NCBI GenBank assembly: GCA_937867025.1
Contig: CALMKH010000049.1
Coordinates: forward strand, 192 to 64,191
DNA: 64,000 nucleotides
Origin: an uncultured Bacteroidota bacterium
Lineage (GTDB): Bacteria > Bacteroidota > Bacteroidia > NS11-12g > UBA955
Direction of reading: 5' to 3'
The position numbers and the translations under genes are program-made. The notes below the pieces were generated by a model that saw nothing but the letters and a program-made list of their open reading frames with translations, made no database searches and was not told the DNA's origin. Positions 8,458 to 18,505 of this stretch are shown piece by piece; within the stretch, counting starts at the first letter, position 1, and each line of letters starts with the position of its first letter.

Positions 8458-9576
8458 TCAGGGTATGGACAGCAGCCATTCACCGAGCCGGGCCTCATCG
8501 ACATGACTGCTTTTCTTGTTGTTGGTGAGTACAATGAAACAGGCTTTTTTATCGAACCTGTTCCAGAAAAATGTCCAGAACCCGCGCCACCAGCCGTTGT
8601 GATATACCCACTTCCCGTTCGGGGTATTGCTAAGCCTGAAACCAAGGCCGTAACTTTTTCCATACACAGTGTACCTGTAAGAAGGCGCCTGCATCTGTTC
8701 CATGAGGCTGTCGTTTATCAACCTGCCGTCCGACAATGCCTTATGAAACATAAAAAGGTCGTCGACACAGCTGAAAAGACTTTTATCCCCAAGCACTCCA
8801 TCCAGATAGTATGTACCGGAATACACTTTTTTCTCATAACGCCCTTCCAGAACCCTGTTTTTTATCCTGGGGGGCATATACCCCTTGTAAAAGGAATTGC
8901 GCATCCCAGAGGGCTTAAAAATGCGTTCCTCAACGAAACGGTAGAATGGCATACCACTCACCTCCCGGATCAAAACGGCCAGGAAGGCAAAATTCGTATT
9001 GCAATAACTGAAGGACACTTCCGGTGCCAGATAAGGTTTCGGCCGGCATGTAACCATAAAATCATAAAAATCACCGGTGTTCATGCAACAGGAAGTATCC
9101 TTCCAGAATGTATCGGTATAATACATATAATTGGCAAGACCGCTCCTGTGATTCAAGAGTTGCCTGACGGTGACATCCCTGTAGGGGAAATCCCTGAGAT
9201 ACCTGCAGACCGTATCCTCCAGGCTGATTTTGCCGTCCTGCACAAGCAGCAGCGTGGCCACTGCGGTAACGGTCTTGGAGACGGAAGCCAGCTGGAATAT
9301 ATCATCCGTCTGCATGGCCGAGGTCCTTTTATAATCGCGGTATCCGTAAGCTTTTTTGTAAAGTTGCCCGTCCCTGTAAAACAAAACGGTTCCGTTAAAA
9401 TCATTCTTGAAATAGGCGTCAATGCTGTCCCTGAATTTTTTACTGAATGGCTTAAGCTTGTCCTTCAGCACATAAAAACTATCCGTAGCCTGAGGTTTTT
9501 GAGCCGTTTTACCAGGTTTATCCTGACATGAAGCAAATATAAGAATGAAGAAAATGATCAGTCCGTTACGCTGCAT
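8458..9576 (-). CDS. Serine hydrolase (beta-lactamase class C/AmpH-like), probable lipoprotein
   Basis: FASC lipobox; SxxK (SVSK), LLNHRSG, YxN (YCN) and HNG motifs. Confidence 0.88.
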   Translation of the reverse strand: MQRNGLIIFFILIFASCQDKPGKTAQKPQATDSFYVLKDKLKPFSKKFRDSIDAYFKNDFNGTVLFYRDGQLYKKAYGYRDYKRTSAMQTDDIFQLASVSKTVTAVATLLLVQDGKISLEDTVCRYLRDFPYRDVTVRQLLNHRSGLANYMYYTDTFWKDTSCCMNTGDFYDFMVTCRPKPYLAPEVSFSYCNTNFAFLAVLIREVSGMPFYRFVEERIFKPSGMRNSFYKGYMPPRIKNRVLEGRYEKKVYSGTYYLDGVLGDKSLFSCVDDLFMFHKALSDGRLINDSLMEQMQAPSYRYTVYGKSYGLGFRLSNTPNGKWVYHNGWWRGFWTFFWNRFDKKACFIVLTNNKKSSHVDEARLGEWLLSIP

Positions 9577-9610
9577 AAAAAAGTCCCGGAAAATACGACT
9601 TTTCCGGGAC
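9577..9610 (-). terminator. Rho-independent terminator after the lipoprotein gene
   Basis: 11-bp stem GTCCCGGAAAA/TTTTCCGGGAC plus a T6 run on the - strand. Confidence 0.75.
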
Positions 9611-9636
9611 CCTTTGTATAGTTACCGTGAAAAAAA

Positions 9637-10521
9637 TTACCTTACGGTATAGAAGAATTCCTTGTTATTGATGGTGGCCTTTGCAGTAAGGTCGCACGCT
9701 TTATTGTTGAACGGATCGTAATCGATCTTAAGTGTTTTGCCTGTGGAGACATTGGTAAGGGTGATTTTTCCGACAACGAACGTTCTTGCACAACCCATTT
9801 CCACTTTCTTAAGCAAGGGAACATCAATGGTTACCGTGAAGTTTTCGCCGTTCCTGTTTGTGCCGCTTGCCTGCCCGGTGACTTCGAACTGATCGCCGAT
9901 AATGCCGGGACCGGCATCGACTGTTTTGGTGATGGTCCTGCTGCTTTGCCAGCTCACCGAGCCGTTATTGTTAAATGCCTTTGCATTGGTTACATCGATC
10001 TTGAGGCTTGTTTGCGTAAGTCTTGTAAGGGTGATGGTTCCGGTCAGGCGGGTCAGGTTGACGCCGTCATGGCCTGCAAAGAAGCTGTCGTTGTCATTGG
10101 CCGAGATAGTCACTACAGCGCCGTCTACAGAGTATCTTTTGGTAGATGAAATGTGGATCTTTCCAGATCTGTAGCGTCCGTCCTGGCAGAGTATGCCTTT
10201 TGGAACGCTGGTTTTCAGCGGACCGAAATCAATGGTGCATTCCACGCCGTCGCCGTCATTGTAGGTGCTGTCCTGGAACGTCACCACTGCACCGCTCGGC
10301 AATATGGTATTGCTTGCCCTTGTCCTTGAATCATTGCTGGAGAAATCGTCAGCTACATCGAACATGGAGGTGAATTCTGATTCAATGGTTGAATTATCTT
10401 CGGCTGAGGTAATGGTTTCAACCGTGTCATTCTTCCTTTCTTTCGCACATCCCGAGAAGATCAATACCAGCGTCGACGCCAGTATCATCCCGATGATCGA
10501 TTTTGATTTTTTACTGTTCAT
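9637..10521 (-). CDS. Hypothetical beta-rich lipoprotein
   Basis: FSGC lipobox; TIDFG...C.DGRYRSGKI pattern seen in Bacteroidota lipoproteins. Confidence 0.8.
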   Translation of the reverse strand: MNSKKSKSIIGMILASTLVLIFSGCAKERKNDTVETITSAEDNSTIESEFTSMFDVADDFSSNDSRTRASNTILPSGAVVTFQDSTYNDGDGVECTIDFGPLKTSVPKGILCQDGRYRSGKIHISSTKRYSVDGAVVTISANDNDSFFAGHDGVNLTRLTGTITLTRLTQTSLKIDVTNAKAFNNNGSVSWQSSRTITKTVDAGPGIIGDQFEVTGQASGTNRNGENFTVTIDVPLLKKVEMGCARTFVVGKITLTNVSTGKTLKIDYDPFNNKACDLTAKATINNKEFFYTVR

Positions 10522-10559
10522 ATTATTATGTATTGTGGTTAAATTATGCGGGTTAAACT

Positions 10560-11771
10560 CTACAAAGTGCCTGTAGTTGCTTCACATTTTATAATATTTT
10601 CAACAATTGTGCCACAAATGGTTTTTATATGGTCATTTTCAACAATTAAAGGCGGCGCAAGCCTTATTTTATGCTCAGCATATAAGAACCAGTCGATTAA
10701 AAGTCCATCTTTAACGCATCCGTCTATCACTTTTCTGCAAAAATCCGTATCTTCCAGATCCACGGCCAGCAGCAAACCTTTACCGCTCACATTTTTAATA
10801 CGCGGGTGTACAAGCAGTTTGCGGAACAGGGCTTCTTTTTCAGGAATGCTTTCCATCAGGCCCTTGTCCAGTATAAACTCAAGGGCGGCCAGTGAGGCTG
10901 CACAGCTCAGCGGGTGCCCGCCGAATGTCGTAATATGCCCAAGGACAGGATCATGGGTTAAACTCTTAAGCACATCATTTGAGGCGACAAAGGCTCCCAG
11001 GGGCAATCCTCCGCCGAAACCCTTGGCAAGAACAAGAATATCCGGAATGATCCCGTCATGTTCAAAAGCGAAAAGCTTACCTGTCCTTCCGTATCCGGAC
11101 TGGATTTCGTCAAAAACGAGGAGCGCCCCGGTTTCGTCACATCGTTTTCTGATGGCCTGAAGATATTCCTTGCTGCTATTGACATACCCCTTTTCGCCCA
11201 TCAGGGGCTCGATAAAAACCGCCGCCGTTTCATCTGTTATAACCGACCCGATATGTGTTATATCTTCCTGCCTGATAAATGAAACTCCCGGCAACAAGGG
11301 CACATACCTCTGGCTGAAATATGCTTCGCTCATCAGGCTCAGGGCTCCATGGGTGCTTCCGTGGTAAGCCTGCTCCTGGGCTACAAAACGGTGTCTTCCT
11401 GTCACCCGTTTGGCAAGTTTCATGGCTCCTTCTACAGCTTCGCTGCCACTATTGACAAAATACACCGAGTGAAGTGAAGGCGGAAGCAGGGACGTTAATT
11501 TTTCCGCCAGCATCACCTGGCTCGACTGGATGATCTCACCATACACCATCAGGTGAAGATGCTTATCGACATGTTGTTTTACGGCCTGGTTCACATAGGG
11601 GTTCGCATGGCCGACATTGCTGACCGCAATTCCCGAAATGCAATCAATATATTGTTTGCCTTCCGCATACAGGTACATCCCTTCAGCATGTGTGATTTCA
11701 AGGGCCAGCGGACTATCGGATGTCTGGGCCACATGATGAAGGAAGAGGTTTCTCAGCGAGCGGTCGGGCAT
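10560..11771 (-). CDS. Class III PLP aminotransferase (acetylornithine aminotransferase-like)
   Basis: NSGSEAVEGAMK, AYHGST, FDEIQSGYGRTG and LAKGFGGG. Confidence 0.9.
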   Translation of the reverse strand: MPDRSLRNLFLHHVAQTSDSPLALEITHAEGMYLYAEGKQYIDCISGIAVSNVGHANPYVNQAVKQHVDKHLHLMVYGEIIQSSQVMLAEKLTSLLPPSLHSVYFVNSGSEAVEGAMKLAKRVTGRHRFVAQEQAYHGSTHGALSLMSEAYFSQRYVPLLPGVSFIRQEDITHIGSVITDETAAVFIEPLMGEKGYVNSSKEYLQAIRKRCDETGALLVFDEIQSGYGRTGKLFAFEHDGIIPDILVLAKGFGGGLPLGAFVASNDVLKSLTHDPVLGHITTFGGHPLSCAASLAALEFILDKGLMESIPEKEALFRKLLVHPRIKNVSGKGLLLAVDLEDTDFCRKVIDGCVKDGLLIDWFLYAEHKIRLAPPLIVENDHIKTICGTIVENIIKCEATTGTL

Positions 11772-11782
11772 AATGCAAATAT

Positions 11783-11815
11783 AAAAAAAATCCCCAAGCC
11801 TTAGCCTGAGGATTT
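11783..11815 (-). terminator. Terminator downstream of the HU gene
   Basis: Imperfect stem AAATCCCCAAGC/GCCTGAGGATTT with an A-run on the + strand. Confidence 0.55.
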
Positions 11816-11838
11816 AAGTTAATAGTTGTTGGGGTAAA

Positions 11839-12111
11839 TTATTTTACTTTACCTGAAAGGTCTGCACCAGCTTTGAATTTAACAACTTTTTTAGCTGCTA
11901 TCTTGATTTCTTTGCCGGTACGTGGGTTACGACCTGTTCTGGCAGCCCTTTTAGTAACTGAGAAAGTACCGAAACCTACAAGGATCAATTTGTCGCCTTT
12001 TTTCAAAGCGCTTGTAGTAGCACCGATAAATGAGTTCAAAGCAGCCTGAGCTTGAGCTTTAGTAACTTTGGCATCACCTGCCATTTTGCTGATTAAATCT
12101 GATTTGTTCAT
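11839..12111 (-). CDS. hup: HU family DNA-binding protein
   Basis: MNKSDLI...GFGTFSV..RAARTGRNPRTG..VKFKAG. Confidence 0.97.
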   Translation of the reverse strand: MNKSDLISKMAGDAKVTKAQAQAALNSFIGATTSALKKGDKLILVGFGTFSVTKRAARTGRNPRTGKEIKIAAKKVVKFKAGADLSGKVK

Positions 12112-12238
12112 AATTTAAATAATTAATAAATGTTTAAAGTTTTTAAATGATTCGTGAGGTCAAAAGTATTGTAAAGTTTAGTAAAATCAAGGGGTTCCCT
12201 ATTTTTTTTGATAAAAAATATTAACATACAATTCACAT

Positions 12239-12769
12239 TTATTTATTCCTGCTTTTAGAAAATCTCATAATTTTCTGAATTACAGGGCTTAATAAAATAT
12301 TTGAAGAATGAATGTTATCGATAAGAATATCGGCTTTTGCATAATTTTTTTTTCTTTTTTCATAGATTTCATTGAGTTTTCCGCGTATTTCATGCTCTGA
12401 AAGCCCCATAAACAGTGGCCTCCTCGTCTTGTTCTGCGCAATTCTCTTCGCAATTATGCCGAGATCCGTGTTCAGCCAAATCACAATTCCTGTCTTTTTC
12501 ATCACATCAAGATTATCAAAAAACACAGGGGTTCCGCCGCCGCAAGATATAATGCAGTTATTCCTCCTGGATGCGGATAACAACATGTCCTTTTCGGTTT
12601 TCCTGAAATGATCTTCTCCTTTATTCTTTATAATGTTCCTGATCATATCCCCTTCACTGGATTCGATCATTTCGTCGAGATCGAAGAACTGCAGGCCGAT
12701 CGACTGGGCCAGAATTCTGCCGAAATGCGTCTTGCCCGTACCGGGCATCCCGATGATATAGATCTTCAT
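12239..12769 (-). CDS. aroK: Shikimate kinase
   Basis: GMPGTGKT P-loop, DLD, FR..E, SCGGG and RPL. Confidence 0.9.
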   Translation of the reverse strand: MKIYIIGMPGTGKTHFGRILAQSIGLQFFDLDEMIESSEGDMIRNIIKNKGEDHFRKTEKDMLLSASRRNNCIISCGGGTPVFFDNLDVMKKTGIVIWLNTDLGIIAKRIAQNKTRRPLFMGLSEHEIRGKLNEIYEKRKKNYAKADILIDNIHSSNILLSPVIQKIMRFSKSRNK

Positions 12770-13812
12770 TAAGCGCTTAATTTAACTCTCGGATCCAGAA
12801 GAACGTATATAACATCCACGAGCACATTGATCAATATAAAGATGAATGACACGAGCATCACCGCACCCATCACCACCGGCAGGTCGCTTTGCTGCAAAGC
12901 ATCAATGGTTACTTTTCCGAGACCTTTCCAATTGAACACATACTCCACGAAAAATGCTCCAGCCAGCAGGCTTGCAAACCAACCGCTGGCTGCAGTCACA
13001 ACCGGGTTCAAGGCATTTCTCAAAGCATGGTTCCATATCACCCTGAAATTACTGAGTCCCTTTGCTCTTGCTGTTCTTATGTAATCCTGCTGCAACACAT
13101 CAATAAGGTTGCTGCGCGTCAGTTGCATGATGATAGAATACGGGCGGATGCCCAGGGCTATGCCGGGCAATATCAGATGCCGCAACGCCAGTTCGTTCTC
13201 ACCCGTCCCTGGATTGATGGCAAACAAGCTGCCTGACATGGACAAGCCAGTGTATTCACTCCACACAAAACCAAACAGCCAGGCAATGATCACGGCTACA
13301 AAAAATGACGGAAGTGAGATGCCGAAGGTGGCCAGGGCCAAGCATGATTTATCGAGCACACTGCCCGGCTTCAGCGCCGAGAGCACGCCTGAGACCACGC
13401 CAAGCACAAGCGCGATGCCCATAGCAAATACAGATAAAACGAACGAACCGATAAAAGCTTCCTTCAGTATATCGTAGACATATTTTTTCGACTGATAACT
13501 CTTGCGCAGGTAGGGTGCTTTCATCATCAGCTTGTACGCCCCAATATTCAGCGTAACACCCCTGTAGGCCGGGTTGACCTGCCTGGTAACAATAATCGGG
13601 GAAAGGTCTTTAAGATATAATGCGAACTGTTGTCCTTTAGGCAGATCCAGCCCCATTTCGGCGCGCATGGCAGCCCTGGTCTTTTCGTCCGCCCTTTGTC
13701 CGACAGCTATTTCTTCGGCTGAAGGAAACAAGATGAATAAGGAAAAGATCAGTATGATTACGCCTGCCAATACCAGGCACCCCGATCCTATCTTATTCAA
13801 CAGGTACCTCAT
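12769..13812 (-). CDS. ABC transporter permease, OppB/DppB type
   Basis: DYIRTARAKGL EAA loop, HALRNAL and VEYVFNWKGLG. Start placed at the ATGA overlap with the upstream stop. Confidence 0.9.
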   Translation of the reverse strand: MRYLLNKIGSGCLVLAGVIILIFSLFILFPSAEEIAVGQRADEKTRAAMRAEMGLDLPKGQQFALYLKDLSPIIVTRQVNPAYRGVTLNIGAYKLMMKAPYLRKSYQSKKYVYDILKEAFIGSFVLSVFAMGIALVLGVVSGVLSALKPGSVLDKSCLALATFGISLPSFFVAVIIAWLFGFVWSEYTGLSMSGSLFAINPGTGENELALRHLILPGIALGIRPYSIIMQLTRSNLIDVLQQDYIRTARAKGLSNFRVIWNHALRNALNPVVTAASGWFASLLAGAFFVEYVFNWKGLGKVTIDALQQSDLPVVMGAVMLVSFIFILINVLVDVIYVLLDPRVKLSA

Positions 13813-15545
13813 TTGCCTTCCCGTTTTTTCTCCATCAGTTTTTTTATCTTTTGCATGGAAGGTATGCTTCTGCAGCTCCATTTGTCGATAATGGCACCAT
13901 CATGCCACAACATAATGCCCGGATTTGACCTGATAATGGTCTTCAGGAATGTCTCGTCTGCATTGTGGAATCTGAACGGCAACTGGTTCTCAGCGGCAAA
14001 CACATCAGCTTCTTTGAGCGGTGACGCAGTGACGCCATACACAGGGACGCCGGCTTTTTTTGCCTCATCACCTAATGACTTTATGTATTGCCATGCGCTC
14101 TTATGACCTTCCTCATAGTGGGTGCTTACCACGAGAATATAATATCCCTTGCCTTGCAGCAGCGAATCGGTGACGTTCACGTCATTCTCATTTCTAGGTT
14201 CGACCTGGAATCCGTGTACCTCAGATTTCCAAGCAGGTTCAATAAGTGTAGTAACGGTGGTAACATATTTCCAGTTGGTATCCTTCGGATAATTCTCAAT
14301 GGTGAATGAATCGCGTTTGCCATCCTTTTCATATACCAGCACGGACCGGTTGAGATCCACCAGCCTGGCGCCTTTGGGCGGGGTCATCAGTTCGCGGATA
14401 TTGTTGCCGGCTTTGTAAGGGAGGAAATCCCAGGCAGGCAGGAATGTATTGCAATATACCGCAAATACGGTCGCACCGATTGTCACCACCAATACCGCAT
14501 TAAGACCGAACAAAGGCGAGAACAGCGGCACTATCTTTTTTCTCCTTATAAAAATAAAGAGAATAAGGATAAGCAGTATCAAATCTTTATAGAAGGAAGT
14601 CCATGGCTTCAGTTTGATGAAGTCGCCGAAACAGCCGCAATCGCTTACGCGCATCTTTCCTTCCGTAAATTCACAGGCGAAACAGTAATCCGTAAACCTG
14701 CAGAGCAGGAAAAACACGACAATCAACCCCAATGTAAAGTAACCAAGATACCGGCCCTTTTTATGTTCGATGTACACAGCCGATACGATAATCAGGAGCA
14801 GTATCAGCAGCGCGAGGGTCATAAATACGGGCTTCGGGCAATACCCTGTATAATAGGTGTAACCCGTAAGAAAAGTGAAAAAGATAATCAGCAGGAGAAT
14901 AATCCAGCTGACAATGCGTATCTGCCAGCCTATGAGTATGGCAAACCCTAATGCCACTTCGAGCACGCAGATGATAATGGAAAAGTAAATTGAAAATTCT
15001 TTCAGACCCTTGAAAAAGTCAACCAGGAAACTTTGTTTTACGACAAACTCACCAAGTTCCAGGTCTTTGCTCAATTCATGTTTGGACTCCATTGAAAGTG
15101 CGAGCTGCTTATCAAACAATACTTTTCCCTTTCCGGATCTCACGCTGGCAGTCACCTTAGGCAGATCGGACGGGTCGTCAAGCACATAAAACTCATCGTA
15201 CAACCTGGCATTGTCATACACGACATACAGGTAAGAACCCGTAAACGTATCAATGCCTCCCTCTTCATTTTCAAACCCTTCCTTCATCACTGCGGACTGG
15301 TTGACCTGAAGCGTTTTGCCGGGATTATTTTCGTTCACCTGGAAAGCAAAGGCGGTATCCGTTCCGTAATTGTCGCTTACTTTAATGAAGATGGAATCCA
15401 TCGGCCTGGTAAAGTCTTTTGCAAAAACTTCAAAATATTCTTCAAGCTTATATGCGGTTCCTTTCGGATCATTTAGCTTGATGGTGCCCGAGAAGATGAA
15501 CAGCAAGCCAACGAGTATCCTTGCAATGGAAGTTAATAATTTCAT
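13809..15545 (-). CDS. BT_3928-like DoxX/MauE membrane protein with C-terminal thioredoxin-like domain
   Basis: RILVGLLFIFSG..K..DP.G, DCGCFGD and TIIRSNPG motifs. Confidence 0.82.
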   Translation of the reverse strand: MKLLTSIARILVGLLFIFSGTIKLNDPKGTAYKLEEYFEVFAKDFTRPMDSIFIKVSDNYGTDTAFAFQVNENNPGKTLQVNQSAVMKEGFENEEGGIDTFTGSYLYVVYDNARLYDEFYVLDDPSDLPKVTASVRSGKGKVLFDKQLALSMESKHELSKDLELGEFVVKQSFLVDFFKGLKEFSIYFSIIICVLEVALGFAILIGWQIRIVSWIILLLIIFFTFLTGYTYYTGYCPKPVFMTLALLILLLIIVSAVYIEHKKGRYLGYFTLGLIVVFFLLCRFTDYCFACEFTEGKMRVSDCGCFGDFIKLKPWTSFYKDLILLILILFIFIRRKKIVPLFSPLFGLNAVLVVTIGATVFAVYCNTFLPAWDFLPYKAGNNIRELMTPPKGARLVDLNRSVLVYEKDGKRDSFTIENYPKDTNWKYVTTVTTLIEPAWKSEVHGFQVEPRNENDVNVTDSLLQGKGYYILVVSTHYEEGHKSAWQYIKSLGDEAKKAGVPVYGVTASPLKEADVFAAENQLPFRFHNADETFLKTIIRSNPGIMLWHDGAIIDKWSCRSIPSMQKIKKLMEKKREGK

Positions 15546-15551
15546 ATGTTG

Positions 15552-16088
15552 TTAAGCGTGATTGAGCGTAATTAATGCAAATATAGAGTAATTCATCATA
15601 TCCTGATAATTGGCGTCAATACCTTCGCTGACCACTGTATGACCTGCATTGTCCTCTATCTGTTTTGTGCGGTTAATTTTCATAAGGATAAGATCGGTGA
15701 AACTGCTGATGCGCATTTCGCGCCATGCTTCGCCATAATCATGATTTTTTTTCAGCATAAGTTCCCTTGCATTCTCAAGTTCCTTATCATAAAGCGCCAT
15801 GATTTCAGTTGTGGTGAACTCCCTCCCCGAACCCCAGTATTTCAGCTGTATCAGGCCTATGATGCAGTAATTATAAATGCCTATGAATTCATCCTCAATG
15901 CTCTCGCCTACCTTTGTTTCACCTTTTTCTTCAATGCTTCTTATACGAAGGGCTTTGATCATGATCTGGTCAGTAATGCTGCGGGGCCTTAGAATGCGCC
16001 AGGATGTCCCATAATCCGTGTTTTTGTTTTCAAATAACTGCCTGCACCTGCTTACTTCCTGATTATATTGTTGTAGCGTATGATCCAC
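15552..16088 (-). CDS. DUF1599 (nucleotide modification-associated) protein
   Basis: Duplicated KN.DYG.(S/A)WR motif; lies divergent from folP as is usual in Bacteroidota. Confidence 0.88.
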   Translation of the reverse strand: MDHTLQQYNQEVSRCRQLFENKNTDYGTSWRILRPRSITDQIMIKALRIRSIEEKGETKVGESIEDEFIGIYNYCIIGLIQLKYWGSGREFTTTEIMALYDKELENARELMLKKNHDYGEAWREMRISSFTDLILMKINRTKQIEDNAGHTVVSEGIDANYQDMMNYSIFALITLNHA

Positions 16089-16125
16089 TATATCCTAATA
16101 TTGGTTTAATTTGCAAATATATTTA

Positions 16126-16980
16126 ATGTTGTCACATTTCAAATCTTATTCAATAAAAGTTAACGACAAGTTGTTCCTGCTGGACAGACCCAGGGTTATG
16201 GGCATCCTCAACACCACGAATGATTCCTTTTATGACGGGAGCAAATACCATACCATAGATTCAGCGCTTTACCGCGTTGAAACCATGATAAACGAAGGCG
16301 CGGACATTATTGATATCGGTGGTCAGAGCAGCAGGCCCGGGGCAGATATGATCGGCCCTGACGAGGAATTGAAAAGGACTGTTCCCGTAGTCGAGGCCGT
16401 GAAAAAAAGATTCCCTGACACCCCTGTCAGCATTGATACGTTCAGAGCCGTGGTAGCGCGAGCGAATATTGAAGCGGGAGCAGGCATCATCAATGATATC
16501 AGTGCGGGAGAAGATGACGCGGAGATGTTGCATACCGTTGCGAAGCTCTGCGTACCATACATCGCCATGCATAAACAGGGGCAGCCTAAAACCATGCAGA
16601 TCAACCCGCAGTATGAAGATGTCACACATACTATCCTTGACTATTTCAGGGATAAAATAAAACTATTTCAATCTCACGGGCTGACGGACCTTATTATCGA
16701 TCCGGGATTTGGATTCGGTAAAACCCTTACACATAATTACACCCTTATGGGTGAACTGGAACTGTTTCATGAACTGGATTACCCTCTGCTAATAGGAGTT
16801 TCCAGAAAAAGCATGGTGTGCAAATTGCTGAAAGTGGACCCGAAAGACGCCCTTAACGGATCAACCGTGCTTCATACGGTCGCTTTATTGAAAGGAGCGC
16901 ATATTTTAAGGGTGCATGACGTAAAAGAAGCCGTGCAGGCTATCAGGATAGTAGAGCAATTTCGTATGCCCGGGCACTAA
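16126..16980 (+). CDS. folP: Dihydropteroate synthase
   Basis: VMGILNTTNDSFYDG, DIGGQSSRPG, DPGFGFGK, GVSRKS and LRVHDV. Confidence 0.97.
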   Translation: MLSHFKSYSIKVNDKLFLLDRPRVMGILNTTNDSFYDGSKYHTIDSALYRVETMINEGADIIDIGGQSSRPGADMIGPDEELKRTVPVVEAVKKRFPDTPVSIDTFRAVVARANIEAGAGIINDISAGEDDAEMLHTVAKLCVPYIAMHKQGQPKTMQINPQYEDVTHTILDYFRDKIKLFQSHGLTDLIIDPGFGFGKTLTHNYTLMGELELFHELDYPLLIGVSRKSMVCKLLKVDPKDALNGSTVLHTVALLKGAHILRVHDVKEAVQAIRIVEQFRMPGH

Positions 16981-18308
16981 ATAGCTGAAATTTTTTCAAT
17001 GAACCTGATGCCGAATGTTTCCAGCTCCTGCATGACGGGTTCATAGATATCCTTTGTCACCGGGGCTACCACCCCCCTGACCTTTACCTTATCCTCGAGT
17101 ATCAGCCTGCAGCCTATCGCAAGAGGTAACCCTACGGTCATGGCCATGGCAGTATGCGTGTTGCTTTCGCCCTTCCTAACCATGGTTGCCATATATTTGA
17201 ACGTACTGCCGCCACGAACATATTTTATCCTGTGCAGCATCACCACGAGATCATGATCTGTGGCCTCCAGCTGCCATTTCTTTTTAAGCAGTTCCTCGAG
17301 TATCTGGGCTGACGTGCCCCTGAACAAAGGCAGCGGTTCATTGCTGAATAAGCCGAGCCATTCAAGCCTGGCAACATCCTTCTCTCCACACTGCGTATAG
17401 CGGCTGATATTTTCCCTGAGCGGGAGGGAGCTCTTCGGGAGAAAGGAGTTAACCCAATCCTTGAGGGAAGTTCCCTCTTCGAATTCGAGTATGGTGGTAT
17501 TGTCGGTGAGGCCAGCGCTTACCAATGCCTGCCAGGCTGAACAATAACCGGGTTTGCGCAAAGTTCCCCTGATCATCTTTGTTACATGGTCCAGGCCATA
17601 GGCGCTCATATATTTCAGGGAATCCCTGTTGGGGTATCCTTCAAGCGTCCCGTAACCTTCAATTTCAAATTTTTCGGCATACCTGAACAAATGATGATAC
17701 GGCACCAGCTTGAGCTTCCCTTCATCGAGATACTGCGCCGGAGGTCCCTGTCCTGCCAACACCACATTCCTCGGGTTCCAGCTGAATTTATATTTCCAAG
17801 GGTTATCGCCGTCGTCTTCATCTGCCACAAGCCCCCCGCAATAGCTTTCGAAACTTATGATTTCACCGCTTTCAGAACGTATCTGATCCATCATTTTCAT
17901 GGCGCTTAGATGATCAATACCCGGATCAAGGCCCATTTCGTTCAGAAAAACAAGGTTGCTGCCCTTTACTTCCGCATCCAGTTCTTTCATCTCTTCCGAA
18001 ATATAGGATGCTGTCGCCAGATTCTTTTTGTAAGACAGGCAAAGCCTGGCGATATGTATATGAAGATCTGCCGGCAGGAGCGAAACGACCAGTGTACTGT
18101 CCTGGATCAAGAAAGATACTTTTGCCGTATCAAAGATATCCAGCGGAACAAATTCGACATGGCTAGTATCCTTCACATTAGACATGGCATACTCTGTTTC
18201 ACGGTCGCAAACGGTCAGTTGCAGGTCATTGGCAACGCAATAGGACGCGAGATATTCAATCAGGTAAAGGCTGGAACGTCCGGCTCCGAAAATAAGGACA
18301 TGTTTCAC
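16977..18308 (-). CDS. Saccharopine dehydrogenase family oxidoreductase
   Basis: GAGRS, NEMGLDPGIDH, SYCGGL, YKFSWNP, YPNRDS and RGTLR. Confidence 0.92.
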   Translation of the reverse strand: MKHVLIFGAGRSSLYLIEYLASYCVANDLQLTVCDRETEYAMSNVKDTSHVEFVPLDIFDTAKVSFLIQDSTLVVSLLPADLHIHIARLCLSYKKNLATASYISEEMKELDAEVKGSNLVFLNEMGLDPGIDHLSAMKMMDQIRSESGEIISFESYCGGLVADEDDGDNPWKYKFSWNPRNVVLAGQGPPAQYLDEGKLKLVPYHHLFRYAEKFEIEGYGTLEGYPNRDSLKYMSAYGLDHVTKMIRGTLRKPGYCSAWQALVSAGLTDNTTILEFEEGTSLKDWVNSFLPKSSLPLRENISRYTQCGEKDVARLEWLGLFSNEPLPLFRGTSAQILEELLKKKWQLEATDHDLVVMLHRIKYVRGGSTFKYMATMVRKGESNTHTAMAMTVGLPLAIGCRLILEDKVKVRGVVAPVTKDIYEPVMQELETFGIRFIEKISAI

Positions 18309-18505
18309 GGAGGCGAAGATAGTGGACTATGAACAATTGGCAATGGACAGGAAGCAATAAATTATAGCTGGGTGATCAAAAAACAAGCTATTGATAATCA
18401 TTATCCCCGAGCGGCGATGCCCTCGCAAACGGCATGTTAAAAATCATAAAAATTAAAACGGAAGTCATTCTCATTTTATCTTTTTTATTTTAAGTTTGCA
18501 TCCTC

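Noticed and set aside
8503..9531. 342-aa + strand ORF
   Set aside because: Antisense shadow of the serine hydrolase; no recognisable motifs.
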